Below are positions 1-13,548 of a stretch of 64,000 bases of DNA, one piece after another. Below the pieces are notes generated by a model. It was not told where the DNA came from. It did no database searches and worked only from the letters and a program-made list of their open reading frames with translations. The position numbers were made by a program, and so were the translations under genes. This DNA is from Amoebophrya sp. A120. Lineage: Eukaryota > Protista > Dinoflagellata. The DNA lies in NCBI GenBank assembly GCA_905178155.1, contig CAJINV010000003.1, positions 1,607,557 through 1,671,556 on the forward strand. The letters are read 5' to 3'. Positions within the stretch are counted from its first letter, which is position 1. Each line of letters begins with the position of its first letter.

Positions 1-54
1 GAGACGGAAACGGACGTTCGCAGAGGCATCTCTGCCGGGACCGGCACACAGCAT

Positions 55-3000
55 GTGGCTCCGGAAGGGAGGAGTGCATTCGCACACGATTTGTCGATTT
101 TTCTGAACGACTCGCAAAAGGCAGTAGATGACGCGGACGCGGAAACCCCCTTCAACGAGACGCAGCACGCTAAGCCGGCAGCAGGAGTTGTTGCGCGCGA
201 CCCCATCGAGAACAACAGAGACGCAGATCGAGATCGTGCTGCACATCGCCGCTCGCGCGACCGTAGAAACCGCGAAGCAACTACGTTGGAAATGAATGAC
301 ACTCGCGAGGGTGGTCCACGTCGGGTAGAGAAACGCTCCGATACAACCACCGCCGTCAAGGACGTGCACTTGCACAGCCACAAAGACCACGAATATTACA
401 ACCAGCAGCACAAGAACAAAACCAGTAATGGCTCCGCAAGCGCGATGAAACGAAACGGGACGATATCTCCTATAGAACTTGAACTTCTAGCAGCTTCACC
501 TTCGGATTCTGATCCGCTACCAAGCAAAACTACAGGCGACGACGAGGACCTGGAACTACGCGCGAGAGAGCAGGGAGGTGCGGAACTCTGGCGCTTGCTG
601 TTTGAAGTGCTTTACGCCGTGCTAGCGGCCATGTTTTGCATCCCCGTCCAGGCGGCCGCTGGTGGGGGGATTCCGGAGGTGAAGTGCATGCTGACCGGCG
701 TGCTGCTGCCCGACTACGTGTCGCGGTCGGTGCTGGTGTGCAAGTCGGTTGGACTCGTCCTCATTTTGGCCTGTGGGATCCCTTCGGGACAAGAGGGGCC
801 CTTCGTGCACATCTGCATCTGTCTGCTCTCCATCCTGTATCAGGGAAAGATGCAGGTTAACACGCAGACGGTGCTCGCGCTCGTTGCCGTGGGGGTGGGA
901 AACACCTTCAATGCCCCGATTGGCGGGGTGTTGACCGGATTGGAGCTCATGATGCCCAACGTCTACGACGTGACCACCTACTGGAAATGCTTCCTGGCTG
1001 CCATGCTTTATCCTAAGAAATCAGTTGATGTGTCGTCGCTTTCCAGGTTGGTATATTCATCGCGTCGGAACGGACACAAGATTGAAATACATGCTGGCAC
1101 TACTTGTTTCGCATCTACTTACTCCTCCTAAAAAGTCGTATTTTACTGTCGTGCCGCATTGGCAACTCATAGATTCAATCATTTGTTGAAGGCAGAGGTA
1201 CCATCCCTATCCTCCAGTCCGTTTCGTGAGGCAGTTCTGTGGGCCTGGACAGCGAAATAGAAATTTTCTTTGAAACTCGTTCGACTTACATTCGGTACCT
1301 GCTTTGCTTCGCGACGGACGAGAATCCGAAACCCTACTTGTCTTCCGATCTCAGCCTGTATGAGGGCACCTTCCAAGTCAGCAGCGTGGCTTCGGCGGGC
1401 ACCGACGGACCGGCTACTTCCGCATCCGTTTTTCCGGGCAGAGCGCAAGAAACCGCGAGCAGTGACCAAGAAGGTCACAGTACTTCTGCCACGGTAGCAA
1501 GTCGAAACCTGTTTGCCACGGTGGGCGGCTGGGTGTTTTACTTGGGGGTCGTGCAGATCGTTATTGGTGCGGTTTGCGGCTTCCTAAGCGGGGTCTTCAT
1601 TTTGCTACACCGAGCGCTGGTGCAGTATTTCATGAAGCCGTACATTCTCCAGGGAGGCGGTTCGCGCAAGCGGCGGGAGCGCAAGTCGGCGGGGAAAAGG
1701 ATCATAGAATATGTAAGCCGCACATACGACAGGCTGACAACAGGCGCCAGGCTATCCACCCCGAGCGACACGAAAAAATCGCAAATTATGGGCGGCGATG
1801 TTGCAGAGAAGAACGAACGCAACGAAGAACGAGAAGATGCTGCCGCTCCCACGAAACAAAAGCAGCACGATGCTGGGAACAACTACGTTTCCGCCGATAC
1901 TTTCAGTGTCAACGTGCCCGACGAAGTAGATGCGGATGCGAAGTCCAGAGCTCATGATGGCGAAGGAGCAGGCGCCACAAAAACATTCGCCGCCGCACGC
2001 CCGCCCTCTCTCCTGCGGCAACGCATCTCAGGGCATTTGGCTGAGTTGCAGCAGGACAAGCGCTCGACGACACGGACCACCGTCTCTGCTGATCGAGCAG
2101 GCTTCGGTGAGGACCGAGAGGCCCACACTCCCGGAGACGCGAGGGCCCGCACCATAGGCGTCGCGATTGGACAGGAGCACCAGGATCTCGAACACCAGCA
2201 CCACCTCGACTCCGATCCCGAGTACACGTCCGAAGCGGTGTCTACTTCCTCCTCGTCGGGAGACGACCGGCACCCGCAGCGGGATCGCTTTCGGCACTCC
2301 GGCAAAGTGGTTCTTGCGAGACTGTTGAAACGCAATTTGCAGAAGCACGCCGACGACCATGACGGTGCGAAGTTGGCCGATGTTCTCCGCGCGGCGCTCA
2401 CGCGCGAGCGCGTGCGGCGCAAGCCAAAGTTCCACTTTTTCGAGGAACCTCCGGCGAGCGGCGAGGAGGACGACGAGGAGGAATTATACCGCCTGCAGAA
2501 GGAAAAGAACCGCGAGGGAGCTGCAGAAGAAGATGTGGAAAGTACTCGCGAGGATGACCACGACCGGAAGAGACAGTACAAGCCCCCCGCACTCGTTCTG
2601 CCCACCAGAGTCCTGTCGCGGGAAAGGCTGCTGGCTGCCTCACCATCCCCGAGGGCTGCGAGAGCCGCAGCGCGGAGCCCGAGAGCAGGTGGTGCCGATG
2701 GTGTGACGCCGACTGCGTCCACCAACATTTTTAACTTGGTTGCATCGCCGACCGAAAAGAGTAAGCGAATGATATTCGAGCTGCACCAGCGAGCCGCTAA
2801 AGGAGCGACAAGCGGCAAGGATCTGCAAGGTGCTCCAGCGTTTGCGTTTCCTGATCTCGACGAGTACGTGTTGCCAGCCTTGATTTCGCCAAGCTCTAAA
2901 GATCGACTAATTTTTGAGCATAGACGTGCCGCAAAGAAGGACTCGGGTAACAACACCAGCTCGGGCGCTGCAACGTTCTCCTTTCCTGGTGCCTCGACAG

Positions 3001-6000
3001 CCGATCTTGAGGAGGTGAATAGTGCCGAACAAGAACCGATGCCTACAACGCCACGGCAGATCTTTGCACATCACCAGCAATTATCATCGTCCGCAAAAGC
3101 GAAGTCCCGGTCTTCGAAGGCTAAAGCATACTTTGCGTACCCCGGAGCATCGACAGCGCAGTTGGGCGAGGGAGCGCTCATGCGGCGACGGTTTGCCTCT
3201 GGTGCGTCTTCCGCGGATCTCGACGCGAGTGCGATGCTGGAGGTACTCACTTTGTCGCACGTCACCGCAGACGACGAGCCAGGTTCCCTTGGAAAAGCAC
3301 AGGATGACAGTACCGACGAGGCAGACCATATCACGACAACGCAGCCACTCGTTGAAGCTGATTTGGCGCAGCGATTTCTGCACAAGACACGCGTCCCCTC
3401 ACCGACGAAGAGTTCGAAATCCAGTGCCTGTCCGACGCCGATTCGCAAGAGCAAGAGGGGCAAGCCGTCGGAGCTGCTGCGGAGCTTGCCTGATGACGAC
3501 AAATTGCACGAAAGAAGAACAAGAAGTACCAGTGTCGATGCTAGCATGCGAAAAAGCAAAAAGAGCCAGCACAAGGAACTGTTCGCGATGGAATCGTTTA
3601 ATCTCCGTGGTGACAGGGCCGAGATAGAAGCTGCAGATATTTCGGCGCTACCGGGAAGTCGGTCGAATTCACCTGCCTGGAAGCGGCTGTTAAAGCATCA
3701 TACTCATTCAAGTATACTAAGCTGATGAAAAATATAGATATACATCACGTGTTATCCGAATCCGATTCTGATTGTGATTTCGACCAAGTCGAACGTACAA
3801 CTCCCACTGTCCAGCTTGTGTGTCGTGCGTTACTTGTCGAATGCGTGCAAAAGTGAGTGATCGCAAAGATGCTGATGTACATAGTTGTAGTTCAACTTTT
3901 TCAACAGGATTTCAGTAAAAGCATCTGCCTAGATGTGGATCATATTCACAATAAAATCACATCTTCGCAGGTCAGCGGAAGCGACAATCGTACATTTTTT
4001 CCGATGCTCTGGCTCGGGCTGCTTACGATCCGCACGCGCAAGCCGAGGTTGAGCGGATTCAAAAGCGAAACGAAAGAACGCGGAGTAACTCCCGCGAGCG
4101 GGAGCCCGCAAAGAGTCCCGATAATTACAACCTTTCCAGCAGGAGTCCACCTCCCGAGCAGGACAACCAGAACCAGACCACTAAGGCCGCTGCGAGAACA
4201 AATAAACAGGAACAGCGTCCGCAGTACCGCAACGAGGAGCGCGAGCGTCGCTACGCTGCGTTGCAGGCGGGCACGTCCCCGCACCGCGCTGAGGTTCGGA
4301 AAGGAAGCTGGAACAGGCCATGGGGCACGCCGGTGCGCGAAACGCGGTCGCAACAGCTGCGCCGAGAATCCGTACGGAAGCAGCAGGAACAGCGAAAGTT
4401 GTCGAGCAATCTCTTCGATGGTACGGGCATCGCTCAGGGGCCTCTCGCTAGTACAACCGAGGCTGTCCTACCTGGCAGCCCAGAGAACAAAACCTCTCGC
4501 CGGAGCCAAGTGCAAGAGATTGCGCGGTCCAGTAAAACGCAAAGTGACAAACATGCAGTACCTACCAGTGGCAAGCTACACTCCGACCTCGCAGATCCGC
4601 TACTGACCCGCGCCTCTGCTGCAGAAAACGTTCCCGCGCGCGGAACTGCATTGTCATCTAACACATACGAGCAGGTAGGCATGGGACAGAAAAATCCGGG
4701 GGAGTACGAGGAGGGTTTATCCACGTCATCGGGCGCCGTCGAAGATGAAAGTGAGGCCGACGCGGATAAGAGAGCTGCCAGCACGTCGACGTTTACTGTT
4801 TCCCAGCGCCGCCAGTCCATCAGGCTAGACAAGAACGACCGAGGGACCGAAAATAAGAGATTGGGAACAAAAAACAAGACATCCGTGACCACTTTACTGA
4901 AGGGTCGTCGAAAAGTGGCACCGGATCATGCGCTGCCGGAAAAGCGCCCGAGTACCACCGTTACTGATATTCACATTTACCCGACGGAAACCTCCGCAGG
5001 CGAGCCACAGAACAATCGCGCACACGACCGAGGGCAGTTGACGTCAATCCTCGCGGGCTCCGACGATCATGTGGTCACCTCCAGTGCGGCCGCTGCCGGG
5101 GGCGGCAACAAGAAGGCCAAAGTGAAAAAGCCGAAAGTCCGTCCGCCCTTGGCCACGTTGATGTTGCGGCAGTGGAGACGTTTGCTTTTCATCGCCTTCA
5201 TCGCGGTCGGCTTTTTCTACCTGAACCGCGTCAGCTCTCTCTTGGAGTTGTCGGAGCCGGCGTTTCTCAATTCGTTTTTCTCGGTGGCCACGTACCAGTA
5301 CTTCAGCATTCCGGACCTGGCCGTGGTTTTGGTCCTCAAATTTTTCCAAACCATTGTTGCGATGGCGCTGCCCGTACCCTTGGGATGTGTGGCGCCGTTC
5401 TTGGTCATCGGCGCACTGGCGGGTCGCATCATTGGGCAGCTCTTTCTGCAAAATGCGCAATCTCTGCTGCTGGACAGTGGCTTGAGCATCTCCGATCATA
5501 CACCGGAGGTTCTCAGTACCGCGTTCCCCGGACAACACGGACAGGCCGGGATGAACGGCGATGTCGTGTTGGAGGCCGCAAGGCAAGCACGCTGGGCTTT
5601 GGTCGGTGCAGTTGCGTTCACGGCCGGCGGTTTGCGCGCTTTCTCCATTGTACTGATTTTATGATTTGGTGCATCTTTATTTTGAGTTTGAAAATGTTTT
5701 CAATACGACAACGACCGCGTCGTGCCATGTTTTAGACATGCACGTACTTGTTTTATCGAAAGAATTGGGAAAATTGACAAGCACCAGCGGAACTCAAACA
5801 AGGTTGACTGTTGACATTCATCGAAGCACTTCAAAAATATTTTCGAAACAAAACTGCAGATTGCCATCGTGATTGAGTTAATTTTCCTTCCGGGCCTGTC
5901 GACGGAACTCATCCTGGCAAGTTTTGTGAGCATTTTTGTGAGCGTGCAAATTACGGACTTTGGCATCCTCGACAGCATCGTGTTGATGAAGGGCCTTCCA

Positions 6001-7653
6001 GCCATGCCGACCCACCCCCCCGGCAACTTTTCGCAGCGAACGGTGCTGAATTGCGCGGTGAGAAGGTTCGTGCAGGTCCCCAGGTTCTGCAGTTACGCAA
6101 CTCTGTGGCATCAATTGCGAAAGGCTGCATACATCCACCACAAAATAACGCATGATCCGAGGACGAATGACTCGTCTGCAGAAAAAGAAAATCCGTCTGG
6201 TCCCGCGACACAGGTAGAGCGAGGCCAAGCCACACATCAAGTCGGAATAGACGCGCCCGGGGCTGCTCCTGCACCTCCGCATCAAACTCCAGCTTTCAAT
6301 TTCGCATCCTCATTTTTCAATAAAACGAAAAGAACTAAAACGTTCGAAAGCGGCGTGTTCAATGCCAGCTTTATGTCGAACAATGAAATGCAAATGTACG
6401 AGAAAAGTGACGAAGAGCGAGAGGGCAGCAGCACTTTTGACTATCCGGCGGACCCGCCGCCGGAGGGGTTTGGTCAGGAAGTCGTACCCATCGTCTCGGA
6501 CGGAGCGCTTGTGGGAGTCATCGGTGCTGTGGATATGCGCCTGCAGTTGCAGGAGCTGGGGCTCCCGCTGTGGAGATCGGAGTTTCCGAACGAGGCCGAG
6601 TATCAGACGCTGCTGAACTTCAACCACGAACGCGAAATGGAGCGCACCGTCATACAGCTGAGCGCGGAGGAGCATCTCCGGAGGACCACCAAGCGCGCAA
6701 TGTCGTCCACAACTCAGAAAACATTTGGTATTGGTGCAGCCGACAATTCGGGTAAAAATTCTAAATCTCTTTCACTTTCACCTTCTCCCCCTGATGAAGA
6801 TGATCCATCTGGCCCACCTCCTGCCGGAAGTACAACCGGCACGACACAACTGAAGACACAGTCATCGTCATCCTCCTCGAATGCTGCTTCTACCCAGCAC
6901 GACCTCACTGCTTCTCCGCATGTTGGAAAAAAACGGCCAAAGGCCGAGGGGGAAGCGCTAGACTTGGCTGTCGAATCCGTCATGAACCGGCCTCCCAGTT
7001 TCCGCATCAGCGAAAGAAGGTCCAACCAGGTCACCGAGGCTTTCCTTCACAGCAGAAACTTTCTTTTCAGTGCGAAACATCAAAACACGACTCAATCGCT
7101 GCTTGCGTCCCTGCGCGACGAGGAAATAACCGGAGTACTACCCGGTGGCGACACAATGATCTCCAGCAGTCTTCGGGGTGCGAGCAACCTGCAAATAATC
7201 AAGGAAATCGATCAGGAAACCATTGGTGGTGAGCCTGATACAATGGAGGTTACAGAGGGAGCAGACGACGACGAAGACATTATTCGAGCTGCACTTTCCA
7301 GCACCCATGAGCACCAACGACTTGCGCTTTTTCGCGAAGCAATCAGCGCCCCGATCGACCTTTTGAAGAGTTTGCATCACGTGCACACGCCCCTGCTGAT
7401 TGGGCACGAGATGCTGGCAACCGACGCGTTCACCCTGTTGAACTTCTTGCAGATGAAATACGTTTTTGTGCTGAAGCCGCACGGCGAGGACGCTGAAGCA
7501 GATGCAGAGGGAGACAACGAGCGAGAGAAGAAAACGATGCCAACCCCCAAAAAGCACGTCCTCGCAAAGCCGGACAAAGCAGTCGAATCGGAGCTACTCG
7601 GATATTGCACCATTGAAACACTGCTCAAGAAGGGTCATATTGCTCCTACATAG
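55..7653 (+). CDS. CLC-family chloride channel/transporter with C-terminal CBS region; multi-exon, probably 5'-incomplete
   Basis: CLC signatures are spread over ORFs 55-1131, 1239-3725, 4261-5664 and 5869-7653: GGGIPEVK, GQEGPFVH, FNAPIGGVL, YWKCFLAA, IGAVCGFLSGVF, LPVPLGCVAPFLVIGALAGRIIG, ALVGAVAF, IVIEL and LDSIVLMKGLP, followed by CBS-like segments. A frame-preserving GT-AG intron fits at 5650-5859. Boundaries near 1.0-1.3 kb and 3.7-3.97 kb are not resolved. Confidence 0.85.
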
Positions 7654-9101
7654 AAATGATAAAGTACGGAGACGCTCGACTACACCGAGGTAAACTGCAT
7701 GCAAAAGCTGATAAAAAATTGTGCATGCTGTAGATCAAATTCAAATACGGATACCAATTATTGACGAGTTTTACATGAAAAACATGTCGTCCTGCTGCAC
7801 ATTCGGGGCGACTAGCAATCCAAGTCGAGCCTGAATGTTGTTGTCACGTTTGCCTGTGCCTTTTCTAGCGGTAGTTGTGTGTTGATCTTATCCAAGATTG
7901 AAGCAGTATACCGACCAGTAAGCAGTATTTCGAAGAAGAAGAACAAGAAGAAACTCTCTGGGTTGTTGTGCCCGCGAGTCATTTTTGGTTGATCGGGGCG
8001 CGTCGCTCACCGTCGTCGCTCAACGTGTTTGCGAGACGTGAAGAACGAGTCGTGCCCGGAAAGTATCGGTTTCTGAGAAGTTCCGCCAGAAGATTTCTCC
8101 TCGAAGATCGGTGTTCCACAATATCTATGCATTTATCTTTGCGTTTTCCTTTTCAAATCTCCTGGCATTGATTGCAACCTCAACCTTCAAGCGTGGAAAG
8201 CGCCATATCCTGTGACTGCTGTGGTACATACACAGCAACAGGTCCTGATCCTCTCAGACGTCTTCCGCATTCCTCTTCCAGTACAAAAAACGCGGCCACT
8301 TCGTATCTCACTGGTACTAGCGTTCTTCATATATAAGAAATTGATTTCTTGAGGCCGCTCCTCCTGTGTGTCGAAAACTAAACAACAAGTCAGTTTCAGT
8401 TTTTGTCTTTGTTTCACAGGAAGGAGGTCGGCCAAAATATCGGTGTTAGTGCAGATGCAGAAGCTACTCGTGCTCACTTGAGCAACGGCCTCTACTTGAT
8501 GCACGTACATTAAGAAGTTTTCATTCGAAATCGTCTAAGTACCGTTACCGGTTTTAGAGCGCTCAAACCAAGAGGCCGTCGAGCTACAAAACGTGATTAG
8601 TATTTATTAGATAGATCGTTGTGCCCCGCTCCCGCTCGTAGTTTTTTCTGCTTCGTATCGACATCGATGAAATCGTCGTAAACGTACTAAAACTCGTCAT
8701 TTTCTTAATGCCCTCTTCCCTGTAGCTACGGGACAGTCGAGAATATTAAACATCGTGCCTTCTAAAACTTAAATTCAAAGGCAACAACCAGTAGAAATAA
8801 ACCATGTCCGTCGTAGTTTAAGGACAAAAATCTCGTGTCTGTGTCGTCCATTGCACAGACAAGCAGTACGAGGACAGCAGGAATTCCGAAAATCTTTCGT
8901 TGCCGCGGGCGCCGGTCGTCTTCATTTCTTTGCACAGCTACGTGGAAACGAGCCTTCGACTTCCATACGGCGATCCTTTTTTGTCGTGTTTCCTCCGTGC
9001 GTTGCCGAGCACGACGATCATGCTAAGCGTCAGCCTTGTCTAAGTGGCCGCGAAAGACCAGGCCGGGAGCTTCAACCTCCGATCCTCGGTCGCTTTGTTC
9101 G

Positions 9102-12100
9102 ATGTCGACCACGACGGACCTGCAGTTCGTCGGGGGTCCCCCGGAATCACCCCGGGTGGTGGACAACTCGCTGCTGAAGCAGTGGCAGTTCGTGAAGTTC
9201 CAGGGCACGCCCCCGCGGCAGCGCTCACTGCACGTGGGTATCGTGCTGAACGACTGTTTGTGGATTTTTGGCGGCTACGATGGCAGCAACCGCGTGAATG
9301 ACCTGCACAAGTTTGACTTTAAGCGGCAAAAATGGAGCACCATCCAGACCGGCAGCAGTCCCTCGGTGCGCGATCGCCACGTCGTCGTAGCTATCAAATG
9401 TAAAAATGTCTGGGTCTGGAAACTTGTGATGCTGAGTGGCGTAGCATGAGGAGGCCACAAGTGCGCGACAAACTGCGTCTCCGCATGACAGAGAAAAACG
9501 TCTCTTGGGCAATGTGCATGACAGATTTAAGAGTCATGCCAGACAAGCATGTGCATGACAAACATGCATTCTTCCAGACCCAGACACTTTTACATTTGAT
9601 AGTAGCCTACAAAGACTCTCTGTACATCTTCGGAGGCTACGACGGCAACAACCGGGTCAATGACTTCTGGGAGTATGATTTTTCTACGAAAGAACCTGTC
9701 ATCTGTGTCTGTAGATAAAAGTTTTTCGTTGACTTAGACCCATCCGCACCCTCCTCTTCGTGATACATATACCTGGAACAAGGGTCCTACTCGGCCTAGC
9801 TGATGATCAAGTAGATCATCTGTGTTTATTGTCCCACACGACCATCTTCAGGTTTGACACCGTGCAAAGCGAGTGGAGACAAGTGTTGGGGGAAGGCGCG
9901 CCACCCAGTGCTAGACATAGTCACGCTGGAGTGGAACACCACGGATCGACCTACATCTTCGCCGGATATGACGGCAACTACAAGAACGACTTTCACGAGT
10001 TCAATTTCGCAAATAGAAGGTGGTCTCCAGTCAACGTCCGCGGCCATCCACCAAAAGCAAGGTGCTTACTTCAGTATCTTAACAGTAAACGGAAACGCCA
10101 CGGTGTATTCAAGTTCTGCACTCAACGCTCATAGCGCAGAAGTTGAGCCGTCCTTTCTTACCACACGACTTGCCGCTCTGATTTGTTGGCAAGGCAGTTG
10201 TTGTCGCGACTGAGTGAGGCGATGCCTGCTCTCGATGGTGGAAAAGATGAAGACTTGTTTTAGTGGTTTCGCAAATCATTTATACAACTGAAGGTACCGC
10301 ACGTCCGCCGCGACTTACAAGAATAAGATGGTGGTAATCGGGGGCCACGATGGCCAGAAGCACCTGAATGACTTCTACCAGTTCGATTTTGAAACCGAAG
10401 TGTGGGCGCTCGTGGAAGTGAGCAACGGGTTCGCACCAAGCCCCCGGGATAGTCACTCCGCTTCGGTTTACGGGGACTGCCTCTACCTTTTTGGCGGTAG
10501 TACGGGGGCAGCAAGGAACGATCTGTATGAGTTCAGATTCGAGACAAACAGTATCACATGAAAAAAAAAAATCCACCGGCGCCTCGGATGAATGTGGCTT
10601 GGCTTGAGCATTATTTCTTGCTAGCATGTAATCTATGACTATGGAAAAAGCCTGCAATAAAAAAAGTGCGCTGTGGTTGTGCTTCCTTTTTGAGGCTCCA
10701 CGTTGAAGTTTGCGTTGACATGTTTAGCTGAAGTCACAACCAACCAAGCCGGATGCCGGACCAGCAACCTTTTTTGCAAATGATAAACGCGTGGCGAGAA
10801 ATAAAACCACTCACCGCCGACTCGCCACAGCAAAGCGACGGACGCGAAGGTATTAGTTATTCGTATACCTAAAAAAAACTTCGTTTGTACTTTTTTTAGC
10901 TGTCTTTCATTTCGCTTTTCTCGTTTCGACCAACACCAAGCCTTAGCTTGTCGCGGGCTCGTGGACCTGTCACAGTCCGATTTGTTTTGTTTATGCAGAG
11001 AAAGAACAAGCGCAGCTAGCGCACTGGTATTGGTGCTAGTAAGGAGCGCATCCCCCCCATCACCAAATTGATCATGAATATATATGAAAAATCCAGGCTC
11101 ATCAAGCAGCAAGTCCCAGAGTTGTACGCCCTGTCCCCGGTTTATGGCGTTCTCAAATGTTACATTCTCAACTGTTACATGATTTGTCATGCAAAATTGC
11201 CTTCAGAATCGACACCAGCAAGCTGCTTCGCATGACAAATTCTCAGAGGGCAAAACAGGCTGATAATCGGCGCCAAATCTGTCATGCAAGACGCGCAAGA
11301 TCCCCCCTATCACTTCTGGCATTCTTGCATCACAAACTCATGTAACAGTTGAGAATGTAACGTTTGAGAACGCCATACGGTTTTGCCACACCGGGGTCGT
11401 GTACAATAGCACCCTCTACATCTTCGGGGGCTATGACGGACAAAATCGGCTGAATGACTTCAAGGCGTTTCGGCTCGTGGATGAAGTCAACGTGGATATA
11501 CCGCCCTCAAGCATCGTCGCCGACATGCGCAACGCGTTGAATGACCCTAAATTCTCGGACGTCACGTTCCAGCTCGATGGTAAGTTCTTACAACTGGGAC
11601 TCGGACTCTATTTGAGTCTATTTGAGCAACGAAAGTAGAACCGTTGCGCGATGGCGACGCACGTCGTCGAATCGCAGATGGAAAATAAATCAATATACCA
11701 AAATAAAACAGATGGCCGGGAGATCCACGCACACAAGCTTTTGTGCATCAGGTGCATGTATTTCAAGGCCATGTTCGAAGGGCAACTACGGGAGGCGAAT
11801 CAGCGGGTAATACCCATCAAAAATATTGCGTACGAGGTATAACCTGCTCAGGTGTTACAATCTCAAACGTTACAATAGAATCTGGAATTTGTGTTGCAAG
11901 AAGTGCATGATCTACCCTACTCCCACAGGATTACGCATGACAAGTTTTGGAGTCCCAATCCGCACTACAATCTGGCGAAATTTGTATTGCAGAAAGTGGA
12001 ATGCTGTCCAAGTCTGTCGTGTTGATCATGCAAGACAAATCTCAGATTCTATTGTAACGTTTGAGATTGTAACGCTTGAGCAGGTCATACGAGGTGTTTC

Positions 12101-12758
12101 ACTCCCTACTCGAGTACCTCTACACGGACGACATCGAAATCTCCTTGAGCATGGCCATGGACCTCTTTGTGGCGGCAGACCAGTTTTTATCCAAGTCCAC
12201 ATCACAACTCTTCTCCCGAGCCCGACCTCATTAATTTGAAGGACGTGACAAGATGACCTGCGACCAACGAGGGAGCAGATGACGAAATGTAATTTCTGCG
12301 TGATGACAAGTCTGTGTACTATGCCTATGCGTTTGGTTATGGACGCTATTGGAGGTCTTTGCGGTCACCAGAAACTTGTCATGCAAGGTGCTGCTAAGAC
12401 TAAAAAAAAGGCAACAGTATCTGTAAATTTACAGTTCTTGTTGCGTTAAGTAAAAATACATAGTGCAGGATCGCAAATGAGGGAGAGCGCTGGGAGGAGT
12501 AGAGGTTGTGGACCACCGTGATACCTTGGCGTGGAACGTCTCAAGAAACTGTGCGAGAAGAAGATTCTGGTCTCCATCAACACGGAAAATGCCGCTACCA
12601 TCCTGCAGGCGGCGAACTTGCACCATGCTCTCGGCCTCCGCCAGTCCTGCATGGATTTTATCCTCACGCATTTCGATACCGTCTCCAAGACGTCAGCGTT
12701 CGAAGGAATGGGCCGCAACAACGTCGAGCTCGTCTTTGAGATACTCAAAAGACGCTGA
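9102..12758 (+). CDS. Kelch-repeat + BTB protein (LZTR1-like), about 9 exons
   Basis: Six Kelch repeats (IFGGYDG, IFGGYDG, IFAGYDG, VIGGHDG, LFGGSTG, IFGGYDG), then BTB (FSDVTF, IHAHK, YFKAMF, LLEYLYTD, ERLKKLCE). Frame-consistent introns: 9392-9606, 9673-9851, 10062-10293, 11143-11382, 11580-11711, 11837-12093 and about 12187-12527. The 10.55-11.1 kb junction is unresolved. Confidence 0.9.
9392..9601. mobile_element. Introner (MITE-like intron), TATCAAATG family
   Basis: 30-bp TIR tatcaaatgtaaaaatgtctgggtctggaa / ttccagacccagacacttttacatttgata with 1 mismatch; 5-bp direct repeat gtagc. Removing 215 nt restores HVVVAYKDSLYIFGG. No GT-AG placement is possible. Confidence 0.9.
11143..11377. 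mobile_element. Introner
   Basis: 40-bp TIR (tatggcgttctcaaa.gttacattctcaactgttacatga) with 1 mismatch; direct repeat cggtt. Removing 240 nt restores PCPRFCHTGVVY. Confidence 0.9.
11838..12089. mobile_element. Introner (can also be read as GT-AG)
   Basis: TIR of about 45 bp (tataacctgctca...ttacaatctcaaacgttacaatagaatctg); direct repeat cgagg. Removing 257 nt restores IAYEVFHSLLEYLY. Confidence 0.9.
12188..12523. mobile_element. Degenerate introner
   Basis: TATC...GATA ends and a decayed inverted repeat (gtccaca...ctccc / gggag...tgtggac), with internal TTGTCATGC. Removing 341 nt restores the frame (ADQFGVERLKKLCE). The direct repeat is eroded. Confidence 0.6.
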
Positions 12759-13548
12759 CCAGACCGCTGCTCGGGGTGGGATAAGGTGGCGTGTTCGCTC
12801 CGAGTGTCGAAACTTCTCCGGCCGAAGATGCACTTGGAATTTCGTTTTACTTTGTCACTTCTAGAACACAGACTGACCAGACGGTTTTTTTCAAATTATA
12901 CTAATACCACTTATGATTCACATTCTCGATAATGTTAGTCAATCAAGGAAAAAACGGACGCACTTTTTTACTCCAGATATAGTGCTGGATGGATGAAGAT
13001 AAATTGAATATTATGCTAACAAAACTGCGGAGCTTTCCGGTGGGAGAGACCAAATCCCCCTCATTAAGATGATCATCGAAATTGTCGGCGGATGTTGAGA
13101 CATGAACTGCAAGCCCGTGCTGAGTACTATGAAAGACGTCCTCAGTATTTTTTGTTCTCTGTGGCCCCTCCTCTTCGAGGGTCGCCATCGATGTCGTTCG
13201 GCGTAACCACAAAAAAAGAGGAAGATCAAAGATGTCACTCGAGTCCGTCGTGGGGACCACCGGAGTGAAAAGGGGCATCGATATCTCGTGAGAACGCACT
13301 TCCTGCCATCGAAGGCAGCAAGGCGAAGTAAAAAGCCTGGGTCGTCCTCGTCGTGTGGGCCCGTTTATATTATTGTTTTCGTTTCTTTCTGGAGCCGAGC
13401 GGAACTGGCAAGTGTCACTGGAGGTGTAATTGCTAACAATTCTTCATTGCACAGACGTAGGCGTAGCTCTCACCCTCTAAACTTAGTATTCACGAGAACA
13501 CGCTGAGCGCAGTTTTTTGGGCTCTTTGTCTATAGGAAGCAAAAAATA

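Noticed and set aside
12943-13299. 118-aa minus-strand ORF and other short antisense ORFs
   Set aside because: They run against the block orientation or overlap real genes, and show no motifs.
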